From a bacterium HR34 (GTDB lineage: Bacteria; Patescibacteriota; Minisyncoccia; Minisyncoccales; HRBIN34), in NCBI GenBank assembly GCA_002923395.1, contig BEIK01000004.1, positions 1-61,534 on the forward strand: a stretch of 61,534 bases of DNA. Direction: 5' to 3'. The notes under the pieces were generated by a model. The model was not told the DNA's origin. It was given only the letters and a program-made list of their open reading frames with translations, and made no database searches. A program made the position numbers and the translations under genes. Each line of letters begins with the position of its first letter. Position 1 is the stretch's first letter. Shown one piece after another: positions 47,147 through 56,436 of the stretch.

Positions 47147-48520
47147 ATGAAAATTTACAACACCCAAACAAAAACAAAAGAAGAATTCAAGCCATTGGAT
47201 TATCCTAATGTAAAAATTTTTGTTTGCGGCCCAACGGTTTATGACAAACCTCACATTGGGCATGCGAGGGTTTATGTTGTTTTTGACTCTTTTGTTAAAT
47301 TTTTAAAACATCTCGGTTACAAAGTTTTTTATATTCAAAACATAACAGATATTGACGACAAAATAATTAATAAAGCCAACAAAGAGGGCGTTAGTTTTAA
47401 AGAGATAGCAATAAGATATGAAAAAGAGTATTTTGAAGCAGTAAAAAAACTTAGAATCGACAGTGTTGATAAGTATTGCAGAGCAACAGAACATATGCAG
47501 GAAATAATTTCGCAAGTGAAACGTCTTTTAGAAAAAGGTTTTGCTTATGAGACAGATGATGGAATTTATTTTGATATTTCAAAATTTAAGGAATACGGAA
47601 AATTGTCTGGAAGGAAGGAAGTTAAAGAAGAGGATGCTGTTTCAAGAATAGATGAATCTGTTAAAAAAAGAAACAAAGGAGACTTTGCTTTATGGAAATT
47701 TTCAAAAGAAGGTGAGCCTTTTTGGGAGAGCGAGTTTGGAAAAGGCAGACCTGGTTGGCATATAGAAGATACAGCAATAACAGAAAAATACTTTGGACCT
47801 CAGTATGATATTCACGGAGGAGGAATTGATTTAATTTTCCCGCACCATGAGGCAGAGTTAACGCAAATGGAGGCCTTGTCTGGAAAAAGTCCTTTTGTTA
47901 AGTATTGGATGCATCTTGGTTTTTTGAAAATTAGAGGAGAGAAAATGTCGAAAAGTTTGGGCAATTTTATAACTATTGAAGATTTCATTGAAAAGCATGG
48001 CGCCAGAGTCTTAAGATATTTTATGTTAAAAAGCCATTATAGAAGCCCTATTGATTTTACAGAAGATTTGGTTTTTCAGGCAAAAAAAGAAATTGAAAAG
48101 TTGGACGATTTTAGGGCAAGATTAGAAAAAGTTGATGGTAATGTTGGTGGGGTAAGTTTAAATGTAAAAGAGGTAGAGAATAATTTTGTGCAATCTTTAG
48201 AAGACGATTTCAACACACCAAAAGCATTTGGGGTTTTGTTTGATTTTGTAAATGAAGTAAATTCTTTAATGGATAAAGGGTTATTATCAAAGGAATTATC
48301 TGATAAAGTTTTAGATTTTCTTAATAATATAGATACTTTTTTAGGGTTTATTTATTGGGAAGAAGAAATACCACAAGAAATTATTGAGTTGGTGCAAAAG
48401 AGAGAAGAATTAAGAAGGAAAGGCGAGTGGGGCGAGGCTGATAAAATAAGAGAGGAAATACAAAGAAGAGGCTACACGATAAAAGACACAGAAAAAGGCC
48501 CAATAGTAAGGAAAAATTAA
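47147..48520 (+). CDS. cysS: Cysteine-tRNA ligase
   Basis: CGPTVY..PHIGHAR, PGWHIED, FPHHE, KMSKS. Confidence 0.96.
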   Translation: MKIYNTQTKTKEEFKPLDYPNVKIFVCGPTVYDKPHIGHARVYVVFDSFVKFLKHLGYKVFYIQNITDIDDKIINKANKEGVSFKEIAIRYEKEYFEAVKKLRIDSVDKYCRATEHMQEIISQVKRLLEKGFAYETDDGIYFDISKFKEYGKLSGRKEVKEEDAVSRIDESVKKRNKGDFALWKFSKEGEPFWESEFGKGRPGWHIEDTAITEKYFGPQYDIHGGGIDLIFPHHEAELTQMEALSGKSPFVKYWMHLGFLKIRGEKMSKSLGNFITIEDFIEKHGARVLRYFMLKSHYRSPIDFTEDLVFQAKKEIEKLDDFRARLEKVDGNVGGVSLNVKEVENNFVQSLEDDFNTPKAFGVLFDFVNEVNSLMDKGLLSKELSDKVLDFLNNIDTFLGFIYWEEEIPQEIIELVQKREELRRKGEWGEADKIREEIQRRGYTIKDTEKGPIVRKN

Positions 48521-48535
48521 ATTTATTTATTAATT

Positions 48536-49657
48536 ATGGTTATATCGATATATACGAAATACAGACCTCAAAAGTTTTCAGATTTAATAGGGCAAGAAAT
48601 AGTGGCTAACACTTTAAGGAATACTGTTAAAATGGGTTTGGTTTCTCACGCTTATTTATTTGCAGGGCCTCGGGGTTCTGGTAAAACAAGTACAGCGAGG
48701 ATTCTTGCTAAAGCAGTAAACTGCGAAAACCCAAAAGATGGAGAACCTTGCAACAAGTGTAAGTTTTGCGAAGAAATAAAAAGTGGCAAAGCAATAGATA
48801 TTATCGAAATAGATGCTGCTTCAAATAGAGGAATAGAAGAAATAAGAGAGTTGAAAGAAAACGCAAGATATGCTCCGTCTTTTTTAAAGTATAAAGTTTT
48901 TATAATAGACGAGTCCCACCAACTTACAAAGGAAGCAGTAAACGCCCTACTTAAAATTGTTGAAGAGCCGCCAAGCCATGTTATTTTTATTTTTGCTACA
49001 ACAGACCCACAAAAAATGATTGAAACAATTATTTCAAGATGCCAAAGATTTGATTTTAAAAAACTATCAATAAGTGACATCGTCAAAAAATTAGAATACA
49101 TTCTTAAAAATGAAAATATTCCTTATGAAAAAGATGCTTTAGAGTATATTGCTGTTTTTGCGCAAGGAGCGATGAGAGACGCCGAAGTTTTATTAGAGCA
49201 AATTATTTATTCTTTGCACGAGGGCGAAAAAATAACAAAAGATTTAGTTTTAAATATATTAGGTGGCGTAGACCCGCTTTTTATAAAAGAACTTTTCAGG
49301 ACAATAGTTAATAAAAAGTTTCCAAAAGCAATAGAAATTTTAAATTCTTTGGTTACTAAAGGTTATTCTGCAGAAGATATTGCAAAAAACTTAATAAACT
49401 TTTTAAGAGTTGGGTTGATGTTAAAAGTAGATGGAAGTTTATCGTTAGAAGATATTCCAATATCTGTTACCAGCGATGATATAGAATTCATAAAAAGCGA
49501 GATAAAAAATGTAAACTTGAGATATTTATATAATGTTTTAGATTTGTTTTTGGAAGCGTTGCCAAAAATTAAATACGCGCCAGTTCAGCAACTTCCCTTA
49601 GAACTTGCCATTTTAAGTATTTTTGATAAAGAAGGAGAGAACAGTGGCAAGCAATAA
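48536..49657 (+). CDS. dnaX: DNA polymerase III subunit gamma/tau (short)
   Basis: KYRP..F, GPRGSGKT, PC..C..C, EIDAASN, SRCQRF. Confidence 0.95.
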   Translation: MVISIYTKYRPQKFSDLIGQEIVANTLRNTVKMGLVSHAYLFAGPRGSGKTSTARILAKAVNCENPKDGEPCNKCKFCEEIKSGKAIDIIEIDAASNRGIEEIRELKENARYAPSFLKYKVFIIDESHQLTKEAVNALLKIVEEPPSHVIFIFATTDPQKMIETIISRCQRFDFKKLSISDIVKKLEYILKNENIPYEKDALEYIAVFAQGAMRDAEVLLEQIIYSLHEGEKITKDLVLNILGGVDPLFIKELFRTIVNKKFPKAIEILNSLVTKGYSAEDIAKNLINFLRVGLMLKVDGSLSLEDIPISVTSDDIEFIKSEIKNVNLRYLYNVLDLFLEALPKIKYAPVQQLPLELAILSIFDKEGENSGKQ

Positions 49658-49711
49658 TTGAATAATTTTAATTTTTTGGTAAATTATAAGTATATCGCCA
49701 ATTTTTTTTAT

Positions 49712-49782
49712 TGCGGGGTCGTCTAATGGTAGGACAGCGGCCTTTGGAGCCGTTAATCCTGGTTCGAGTCCAGGCCCCGCAG
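49712..49782 (+). tRNA. tRNA-Gln(TTG)
   Basis: TGCGGGG/CCCCGCA acceptor stem, GCGGC-CTTTGGA-GCCGT anticodon arm, GGTTCGAGTCC T-loop. Confidence 0.95.
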
Positions 49783-49840
49783 CAAAGATTTTGCTTTTTT
49801 AAGTAGTTTCCTTATTTTATAAAAAACGGCTTATAAAATA

Positions 49841-50627
49841 ATTACAAAACTAATAGAATTTAAAAATAAAAGAGGCGATATTTTAAGAGGCTTTTTGGTG
49901 AGTGGGAAAAAGAGTAGGAGAGAGCATGGTGTTATTTGTTTGCATGGTTTTGAAAGGACTTCTATAACAGAGAAGAAGTTTAAAACTATTTCAGATAGAT
50001 TGGCTTGCAATAATATTTCTTCATTCAGATTTGATTATGCTGGCTGCGGGATTTCAGACGGTGATTTTAGATATACCACAATTAACTCAATGAAAAATGA
50101 TTTTGAAAGAGCAGTAGAGTGTTCCAAAAAATTTCAAAGGTCAAGTATATTTAGGTTATTGCGCATAGTGTATCGGCATGCGTTGTTGCAAGTTGTGATA
50201 TCAGCGTTTTAATAAAATTGTGCTTATAGCGCCAGCCTTAAATCAAAAAGAACTTTTGAGATATTGATTTGTTAAATCTCAAAATAGCGATGTTGATATT
50301 AATTGGGATAATTATAAAAAGTTTGTAGTGGAAAAAGAATTTGAAAAGTTTTGCAAAATAAAACAAAGAATGACAAAATTAAATTATATAAACAACGATT
50401 ATTTTTTAGAAAATAAAGACAAAGGTTATTCTTTTAGTTTCAAAGATAAAGATTTTGAAAATAAAATTTTGCATATTCATGGAAATGCAGATGGTATTGT
50501 TAGCTTGAAAGTTTAAATATAGGTTTTAAAAATAAAATTATTGTAAAGAGCGGAGACCATGATCTTGAAAAGCCAAGATATGCTAAAACAGTGGATTTTG
50601 AAATGTACGCGGTTTGTAATAAAATAG
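49841..50627 (+). pseudogene. Alpha/beta hydrolase pseudogene
   Basis: LHGF and RFDYAGCG.SDGDF, then AHSVS, IAPA, HGNAD and GDHD spread over different frames with internal stops. Confidence 0.8.
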
Positions 50628-50648
50628 AAGATTAAAAAAGTTTCAGAA

Positions 50649-50855
50649 ATGTTTTTAAAAGTGAAAATTTTTCCTTCGTCAAAGAGAGCAGAGGTTATTA
50701 AAAAGGATAATTTTTGAAAGGTTAAAGTTTAATCTAAGCCAGAGAGGAGAGAGGCGAATAGAGAATTGGTGAAGGTTTTGTCTCAGTATTTTTGCATTCC
50801 CGAAGGTAAAATAAAAATTGTAAAGGGATTGAGAAGCAGAAATAAAATAGTCTAA
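50649..50855 (+). pseudogene. YggU/DUF167 (UPF0235)-like pseudogene
   Basis: MFLKVKIFPSSKRAEVIKKDNF*KVKV*SKPERREANRELVKVLSQYF...IVKGLRSRNKIV: two in-frame stops. Confidence 0.75.
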
Positions 50856-50879
50856 ATTAAATATTAAAAAATTTAATTT

Positions 50880-51470
50880 ATGGCTAAGAAAAATAATTTT
50901 GAAAATATAGTTGATTTTTTCTTTGAGCTCGGTACTCTAAGAAAAGTAATAAGGGCACACCAGCAGGCGTTGTTTGGAAACGACGCTTCTGACAATATAG
51001 CGTCTCATACATTTAGAGTGTGTTTTATAGGATATTTTTTGGCGCAGATAGAAAAAGCAGATGCTTTTAAAGTTGTGATGATGTGTTTAGTGCATGATAT
51101 TCCAGAAATAAGGACAGGCGATCAAAATAATATTCATAAAAAATATGTGAAAGCATTTGAAGATGAGGTTATAAATGATCAATTAAACGGACTTCCTTTT
51201 TCAGAATTTCTTAAAAATTTGTTCTTTGAATATGAAGAAAGAAAAACAAAAGAAGCAAAAATAGCAAAAGACGCTGATATTTTAGATGAAATTTTTCTGT
51301 TAAAAGAGTATTCTGCTACTGGCAACAAAGAAGCCGAAAGATGGCTTAAAAATCATTCTCATAGTAAATTTTTAAACACGAAAACAGCAAAAGAGATTTA
51401 TAAGGTTATTATAAAAAAGAATATCTCTGATTGGTGGAAAACCTTCGCAACCTTCAACAAGAGAAGGTGA
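50880..51470 (+). CDS. HD-domain phosphohydrolase (YfbR/HDDC2-like)
   Basis: R.H, ASHTFR, HDIPE.RTGD, KDAD..D. Confidence 0.88.
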   Translation: MAKKNNFENIVDFFFELGTLRKVIRAHQQALFGNDASDNIASHTFRVCFIGYFLAQIEKADAFKVVMMCLVHDIPEIRTGDQNNIHKKYVKAFEDEVINDQLNGLPFSEFLKNLFFEYEERKTKEAKIAKDADILDEIFLLKEYSATGNKEAERWLKNHSHSKFLNTKTAKEIYKVIIKKNISDWWKTFATFNKRR

Positions 51471-51473
51471 TAA

Positions 51474-52643
51474 TTACTTTTTAAACTTTTTCTCAGCTTC
51501 TTTTCTTATTTTTTCTTTAAGTTGCGTTAGATCTCTTTTATAATTGCGCGTAGTGATTTTGGCGAATATTTCATCTCCTGAGAAGAACCTTATAGAGCAG
51601 GACATTTCAAAAAACTGAGCCCTTCCAGCAGCGTTTCTGTCTTTTACTATTCTTAAAAATATATCTTTTACAGAATTCATTTTGTTTAGTGATTTTGCAA
51701 TTGCTTGGAGTTTGTTAAAAACGAAATCAATATCTTGTTCTGGTATTTCGGCTTGATTTCTTATATCTATTTTAATAACTTCTTCTGGCTTTAATTGAGT
51801 TAAAGCTTCTATTACATTTCTAATTGAAATTATCCCTGTTGGTTTTTCTTGTTCGTCCGTTAGAACTATGCTTTTGTAATCTGATGTTAAAAGTCTTTCT
51901 ATTATTTTTTCTATTGGCTCTTTTTCGTGAATATGGAGAGGAGTTTTTGCTATAGCACTTATTGGAAATTCTAATCTTCCTGTTAGTTCAAAGCTAAACA
52001 TAGAACTTTTAGCATTCCTAGCGTTGGGTGATTTTGATGTACCGCCTGTTTTTACTCTTTGTTTTGTTGTTGGTTTTGTTAAGTATGGGAATATGTCTTT
52101 TCTTGTTACAATTCCTTTTAATGTTCCGTATTTGTTAACAAGCAGAACTCTTGAAGCGTTTTCATTTTTCATAATTTGATAAACTTTTTTCGCAGTGGTG
52201 GTAGTTTGCACAATAACAGGTTTCTGGATTTTTATATATTTGCCTATAACACCAATTAAGTCGCTGTCTAAAATAAACTTCATAATACCATCTGCTGTTA
52301 TTAGATAATTTGCATTTTCTCCTTCAAAAATAGGGAAAGATATTGTTCTATGGGCTAACATGAGTTCTGCAACTTTTGTTAGAAGAGTATTTGGAGTGAT
52401 GTTTGGAGGCTTTATCATTGCTGATTTTACTTGCGCTGTGAAAGGCAGCCTTGATTTAAATAGCGCCAGATATGGTGATACTATCCCGATTATGTTTTTA
52501 TTTTCATCTAAAACTAAAACCGATTCATGCGAACTTGTTGTTCTTGATAGAGCCCTGTCTAAACTATCTTCAGGATAGCACGTTGGAGTTTTTTTAGTTA
52601 TCGGCTCCAAATAATTTTTGATATCTCTTATTTTTATGTCCAT
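51474..52643 (-). CDS. Four CBS domains + C-terminal HPF/RaiA-like domain
   Basis: CBS motifs (GIVS, GIVTRKDI, GIISIRNV); the last ~100 aa show a beta-alpha-beta-beta-beta-alpha pattern ending in a basic helix. Confidence 0.7.
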   Translation of the reverse strand: MDIKIRDIKNYLEPITKKTPTCYPEDSLDRALSRTTSSHESVLVLDENKNIIGIVSPYLALFKSRLPFTAQVKSAMIKPPNITPNTLLTKVAELMLAHRTISFPIFEGENANYLITADGIMKFILDSDLIGVIGKYIKIQKPVIVQTTTTAKKVYQIMKNENASRVLLVNKYGTLKGIVTRKDIFPYLTKPTTKQRVKTGGTSKSPNARNAKSSMFSFELTGRLEFPISAIAKTPLHIHEKEPIEKIIERLLTSDYKSIVLTDEQEKPTGIISIRNVIEALTQLKPEEVIKIDIRNQAEIPEQDIDFVFNKLQAIAKSLNKMNSVKDIFLRIVKDRNAAGRAQFFEMSCSIRFFSGDEIFAKITTRNYKRDLTQLKEKIRKEAEKKFKK

Positions 52644-52931
52644 ATTTTTGATTGATTAAATTAGATTGTAATTTGGTTTTAATAATAGATATTTTATCAA
52701 ATAAATTCAATTTAGCAAAATTAAATTACAAGTTGTGTTAAAAGCAGTATTTTAGCAAATATTTGAGTAGGACAGCCCTACCGACGTCATGTCGGCTAGG
52801 GCAGGTTCCTGACAATATATAAGTAACAAGCCAATAATACAGAAGTCTGCCTTCTGTACAAACTTTTTTAAGTTTAAAAATTGATATTTAATAAAATAAT
52901 CAAGATTAATTGCTCAAACATAGAGCCCGTT

Positions 52932-52959
52932 CCAAACGTTCACGATCGTGAACGTTTGG
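52932..52959. repeat. 28-bp perfect palindrome, copy 4
   Basis: Identical core followed by GGCAATAT. Confidence 0.95.
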
Positions 52960-53186
52960 GGCAATATGTTTTCTAATCTTTCTTGAAAAATTTAGTTTTA
53001 TTTTATTTCCAACTCTGTTTATGTTGTTATGTTCGCAAATAAAGTGCTATAGCATTTTATTTCTAAAGTGTAGTTTGGCGAAAAATTTTATTAATTTTTT
53101 TGCTTACCTTTTTAATTATTTAATTAATACTTTTTAAACCGCGTTTAAAACCTCAAAACAATTCTTGCCTTAGTTTTTTGTTTTTG

Positions 53187-53226
53187 TTAAAATTGGTTTA
53201 ATCGGTTTAAAATTGGTTTAATCGGT
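53187..53226. repeat. Exact 20-bp tandem duplication
   Basis: TTAAAATTGGTTTAATCGGT twice, 28 bp upstream of ppa. Confidence 0.9.
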
Positions 53227-53254
53227 AAAGTATTACAATTAAAAGCAAAAATTT

Positions 53255-53761
53255 ATGAATATTTCAAAATTGCCAGCAGGAGAACTGCCAGATAAAATAA
53301 ATGTTTTTATAGAAATACCGCAAGGGTCTTTTGTAAAATATGAGAGAGATGAAGAATCAGGTTTTATTTTCGTTGACAGATTTATGTTTACTTCTATGAG
53401 TTATCCTTTTAATTATGGTTTTGTGCCGAACACCAAAGCAAAAGACGGCGATCCAGTGGATGTTTTGGTTATAAGTTCTTATAGCGTGGTGCCAGGGACT
53501 GTTATAAAAAGCAGAGTTATTGGAATGTTAGAAATGGAAGACGAAGAGGGAATAGATAATAAAATTATAGCTCTGCCAATAGAAAAGGTTGATCCTTTTT
53601 ACGCCCACATAAAAGATGTTGACGATTTACCACAAGCAATAAAAGATAAAATAAAGCATTTTTTTGAAAGATATAAAGAGCTTGAAAAAGGCAAATGGGT
53701 GAGAGTTAATAAATTTCTTGGTAAAGATGAGGCTGTAAAGGAAATAGAGCAGGCTTTTTAA
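53255..53761 (+). CDS. ppa: Inorganic pyrophosphatase (family I)
   Basis: [10 protein letters not shown]...DGDPVDV, D..G.D.K, HFFE.YK. Confidence 0.96.
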   Translation: MNISKLPAGELPDKINVFIEIPQGSFVKYERDEESGFIFVDRFMFTSMSYPFNYGFVPNTKAKDGDPVDVLVISSYSVVPGTVIKSRVIGMLEMEDEEGIDNKIIALPIEKVDPFYAHIKDVDDLPQAIKDKIKHFFERYKELEKGKWVRVNKFLGKDEAVKEIEQAF

Positions 53762-53818
53762 TTTTTTTATTAAGCTTTTGTTGAGATAAAATTCATTAAA
53801 TTAAAATTAAACAAAAAT

Positions 53819-54034
53819 ATGGGATTTTTTGACCAAGCAAAATTGTTATCAAATTTAATTAAAAATATGGATCCTTCGCAGATGAAAGAGTTGATGGAGC
53901 AGGCAAAACAAAGTCAGAAAATGATGGAGGAGATAGTAAGAAGAATAGTAAAAGAAGAGTTAGATAAAGTACTTTCTGTGTACGCGAAAAAAGATTGGGT
54001 AGAAGAAAATTTTAAAAAGAAAAATGAAAGCTAG
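53819..54034 (+). CDS. Small hypothetical protein
   Basis: 71-aa helical ORF overlapping the start of the ftsZ-like gene. Confidence 0.6.
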   Translation: MGFFDQAKLLSNLIKNMDPSQMKELMEQAKQSQKMMEEIVRRIVKEELDKVLSVYAKKDWVEENFKKKNES

Positions 54035-55556
54035 AAGAAAAATAAAAACAAAAAAGGTTAAAGTTTTACCTAAGAAAGGTAAAAAAGTAAAATTAAAAGA
54101 TTCTTCAGAATTGGAATTTGTAAGACTACCTTATATTAGGTTTATTGGTGTTGGCGGTGGGGCAGGTTCTATTTTAGATGAAGTGTCAAAATATATAAGC
54201 AAAAATCCTAAAATAAAATCAAAGGTTGAGTTTTATTGCATAAATTCAGACAGGCAAGCCTTGAAATCTTTATCTTCAAGGGTAAGAAAGGTTTTGATTG
54301 GTGAGAAAATCACAGGGGGTTTTGGAACCGGAGGAGATACAAAACTTGCAGAACAAATTGCAAATCAAGATATTAAAAAGATAGAACAGGTAATTGATAA
54401 TAGAGATTTTTTTGTGGTTGTTAGTTGTTTGGGAGGTGGTTTCAGTAGCGGCGCTTTACCAGTTTTGTTAAAGAATATAAAAGAAAAAAAGAAAAAATCA
54501 ATTGGTATTTTTACTATGCCATTTGCTTTTGAGGGCCAAAAAAGAATGACAGTTGCAAAAAAGGCGTTAAATGAGGCAAAGGATTTCGTGAATGCCTTCA
54601 CGCCTATATACAACGAGAAAATATTCGATTTTATAGACAAAAATACTCCTTTAACAATGGCTTTTTCAATGATTAACAGAAAATTGGCAGAAAATCTAGA
54701 AGGATTTTTGGAGATGATTTATTTGCCTGGGTTAATAAACATAGACTTTGCAGATTTAAACACAACAGTTAGCGGAACTGGGCAATTGTTTTATTTATAC
54801 TCAATAGTTTTTGATGATATGGCGAGTTTAGAAAAGTTTTCTGAATCTTCTTTTTTTGTAAAAATTAACAAATATTCTTTACAGTCTCACGAAAAATTTG
54901 TTCCCGAAAAGATTCTTTTTAATATTACTGCCGACGAATCTTTAAAACTTTATGATGTAAGTAGTATAAGTAACATAATAATCAGAGAAAACCCAAGGGC
55001 AAAAGTTATCTTTGGGATTTCTTATAATAAAAAAATGAAAAGTAAAGTTAGATTAACAATTATTTTAGTTGGCAGGTTAAAAGAAGTACTCAATCAGGCT
55101 GAAAAGAAAAAAGTTGAGATTATTTCTCAAAATAGTGGTGAAAATTTAGATACAGCGAAAAACAAAAAGGAATCCAACGGTGCTTCAAAAATAGAAAAGG
55201 TTGAAAAAACAAAAAGTAAAAAGCAAGTAGACCAAAAAGTGAAAAGGAAAAAAGCGAAAAACAAAAAAAACCAAGACAAAAAAACAGCGAAAAAAGTAAA
55301 GGTTAAAAAAAACAAGGTTGGTGACAAAAAGGAAATAAAAAATAAAACAGCGTCTATTAAAAGAACGTCTAAGAAAGATTTATTTCAAAAACCAGAAGCT
55401 AAAATAAATAAATCTATAATACAGAAGAAAAGGAGAACACCTTTAGATGTAAAAGAAATAAGAGAATTAGAAAACAAAACAATAGAAGAGCAGGAAAACA
55501 AATGGGACATACCCGCTTTTTTATTAAATAACGAAGTTAAAAAAGATGATAAATAA
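54024..55556 (+). CDS. ftsZ: Divergent FtsZ-family protein with a Lys-rich tail
   Basis: GVGGG, NSD.Q.L, G.GTGGD, GGGFSSG (degenerate signature), GLINIDFAD, C-terminal DIPAFL. Confidence 0.85.
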   Translation: MKARRKIKTKKVKVLPKKGKKVKLKDSSELEFVRLPYIRFIGVGGGAGSILDEVSKYISKNPKIKSKVEFYCINSDRQALKSLSSRVRKVLIGEKITGGFGTGGDTKLAEQIANQDIKKIEQVIDNRDFFVVVSCLGGGFSSGALPVLLKNIKEKKKKSIGIFTMPFAFEGQKRMTVAKKALNEAKDFVNAFTPIYNEKIFDFIDKNTPLTMAFSMINRKLAENLEGFLEMIYLPGLINIDFADLNTTVSGTGQLFYLYSIVFDDMASLEKFSESSFFVKINKYSLQSHEKFVPEKILFNITADESLKLYDVSSISNIIIRENPRAKVIFGISYNKKMKSKVRLTIILVGRLKEVLNQAEKKKVEIISQNSGENLDTAKNKKESNGASKIEKVEKTKSKKQVDQKVKRKKAKNKKNQDKKTAKKVKVKKNKVGDKKEIKNKTASIKRTSKKDLFQKPEAKINKSIIQKKRRTPLDVKEIRELENKTIEEQENKWDIPAFLLNNEVKKDDK

Positions 55557-56436
55557 AATTGTTGTGCCAGTTGCAGGAAGTGGAACAAGGTTTTTGCCTT
55601 TATCAAAAGCAGTAACAAAAGAATTTTTGCCTTTGGGAGAGGAGAGTTTAATAAGTTTGTTGTTTAAAGAAATTTTGGATTCTGGTATTCAAGAGACGTT
55701 TGTAGTTGGATCTAGCAGGAATAAGGATTTATTTAAAAAGTTAATGTCAGAAGATACTCAGTTAAAATCAAAACTTGAAAAGGAAAGCAAAAAAGACGTT
55801 TTGGATAAATTAAATAAATTTAACAATGTTATTGAAAAAATTTCTTTAAAGTTTTTTTTACAAAGAAGACAAACAGGCGACGGTGGCGCTGTTTTATTTT
55901 TACAAAAATATTTAAAAGATAATAATTTTGCCGTTGCTTTTCCAGATGATGTTATAATTTATCAAGAACCTCCATTTGTGCAAATGATGAAAGTTTTCAA
56001 AAATATGCAAAGGCCTGTTATTGGTGTTTTTAAGGTACCGGCGGAGAAATCAAGTAATTATGGAGTGGTAAAGGTGGAGAAAATAGCGAACAGGTTTTAT
56101 AAAATTTTAGATATAGAAGAAAAACCGAAAGAAGGTTATGAAAAAGAAAAAGAAGTTTTTGTGATTGTTGGAAGGTATATTTTTACTTCTGATATTTTTG
56201 AGTACATAAAATCGTCTAAAGCAAAGCATGGAGAATTAAAACTCGCCTTTGCCTTAAAAAATATGATAAAAAATGGTAAAATGGTATATGGTTATGAAAT
56301 AAAAGGTGATTGGCTTGAGTGTGGCAGTAAGGAAGAGTATATTCGCTCTTTTGTGAGATATGCTTTGAAATATTATGAGTTTAAAGATTCTATTTTGAAA
56401 ATGATTAAAAATTTAAATGTTAAAAATGGAAATTAA
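55546..56436 (+). CDS. galU: UTP-glucose-1-phosphate uridylyltransferase-like nucleotidyltransferase
   Basis: AG.GTRFLP.SKA..KE.LP, G.GGA, YGVV, EKP, GRY. Confidence 0.8.
   Translation: MINKIVVPVAGSGTRFLPLSKAVTKEFLPLGEESLISLLFKEILDSGIQETFVVGSSRNKDLFKKLMSEDTQLKSKLEKESKKDVLDKLNKFNNVIEKISLKFFLQRRQTGDGGAVLFLQKYLKDNNFAVAFPDDVIIYQEPPFVQMMKVFKNMQRPVIGVFKVPAEKSSNYGVVKVEKIANRFYKILDIEEKPKEGYEKEKEVFVIVGRYIFTSDIFEYIKSSKAKHGELKLAFALKNMIKNGKMVYGYEIKGDWLECGSKEEYIRSFVRYALKYYEFKDSILKMIKNLNVKNGN

Noticed and set aside
11519-50855. Stop-codon reassignment (code 25) explaining the broken genes
   Set aside because: The breaks include TAA, TAG and frameshifts; TGA ends pyrH, pheS and eno; conserved Trp positions use TGG.
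53819-54034. YbaB/EbfC nucleoid protein
   Set aside because: The N-terminus is vaguely similar, but the protein is too short and lacks the beta-sheet core.
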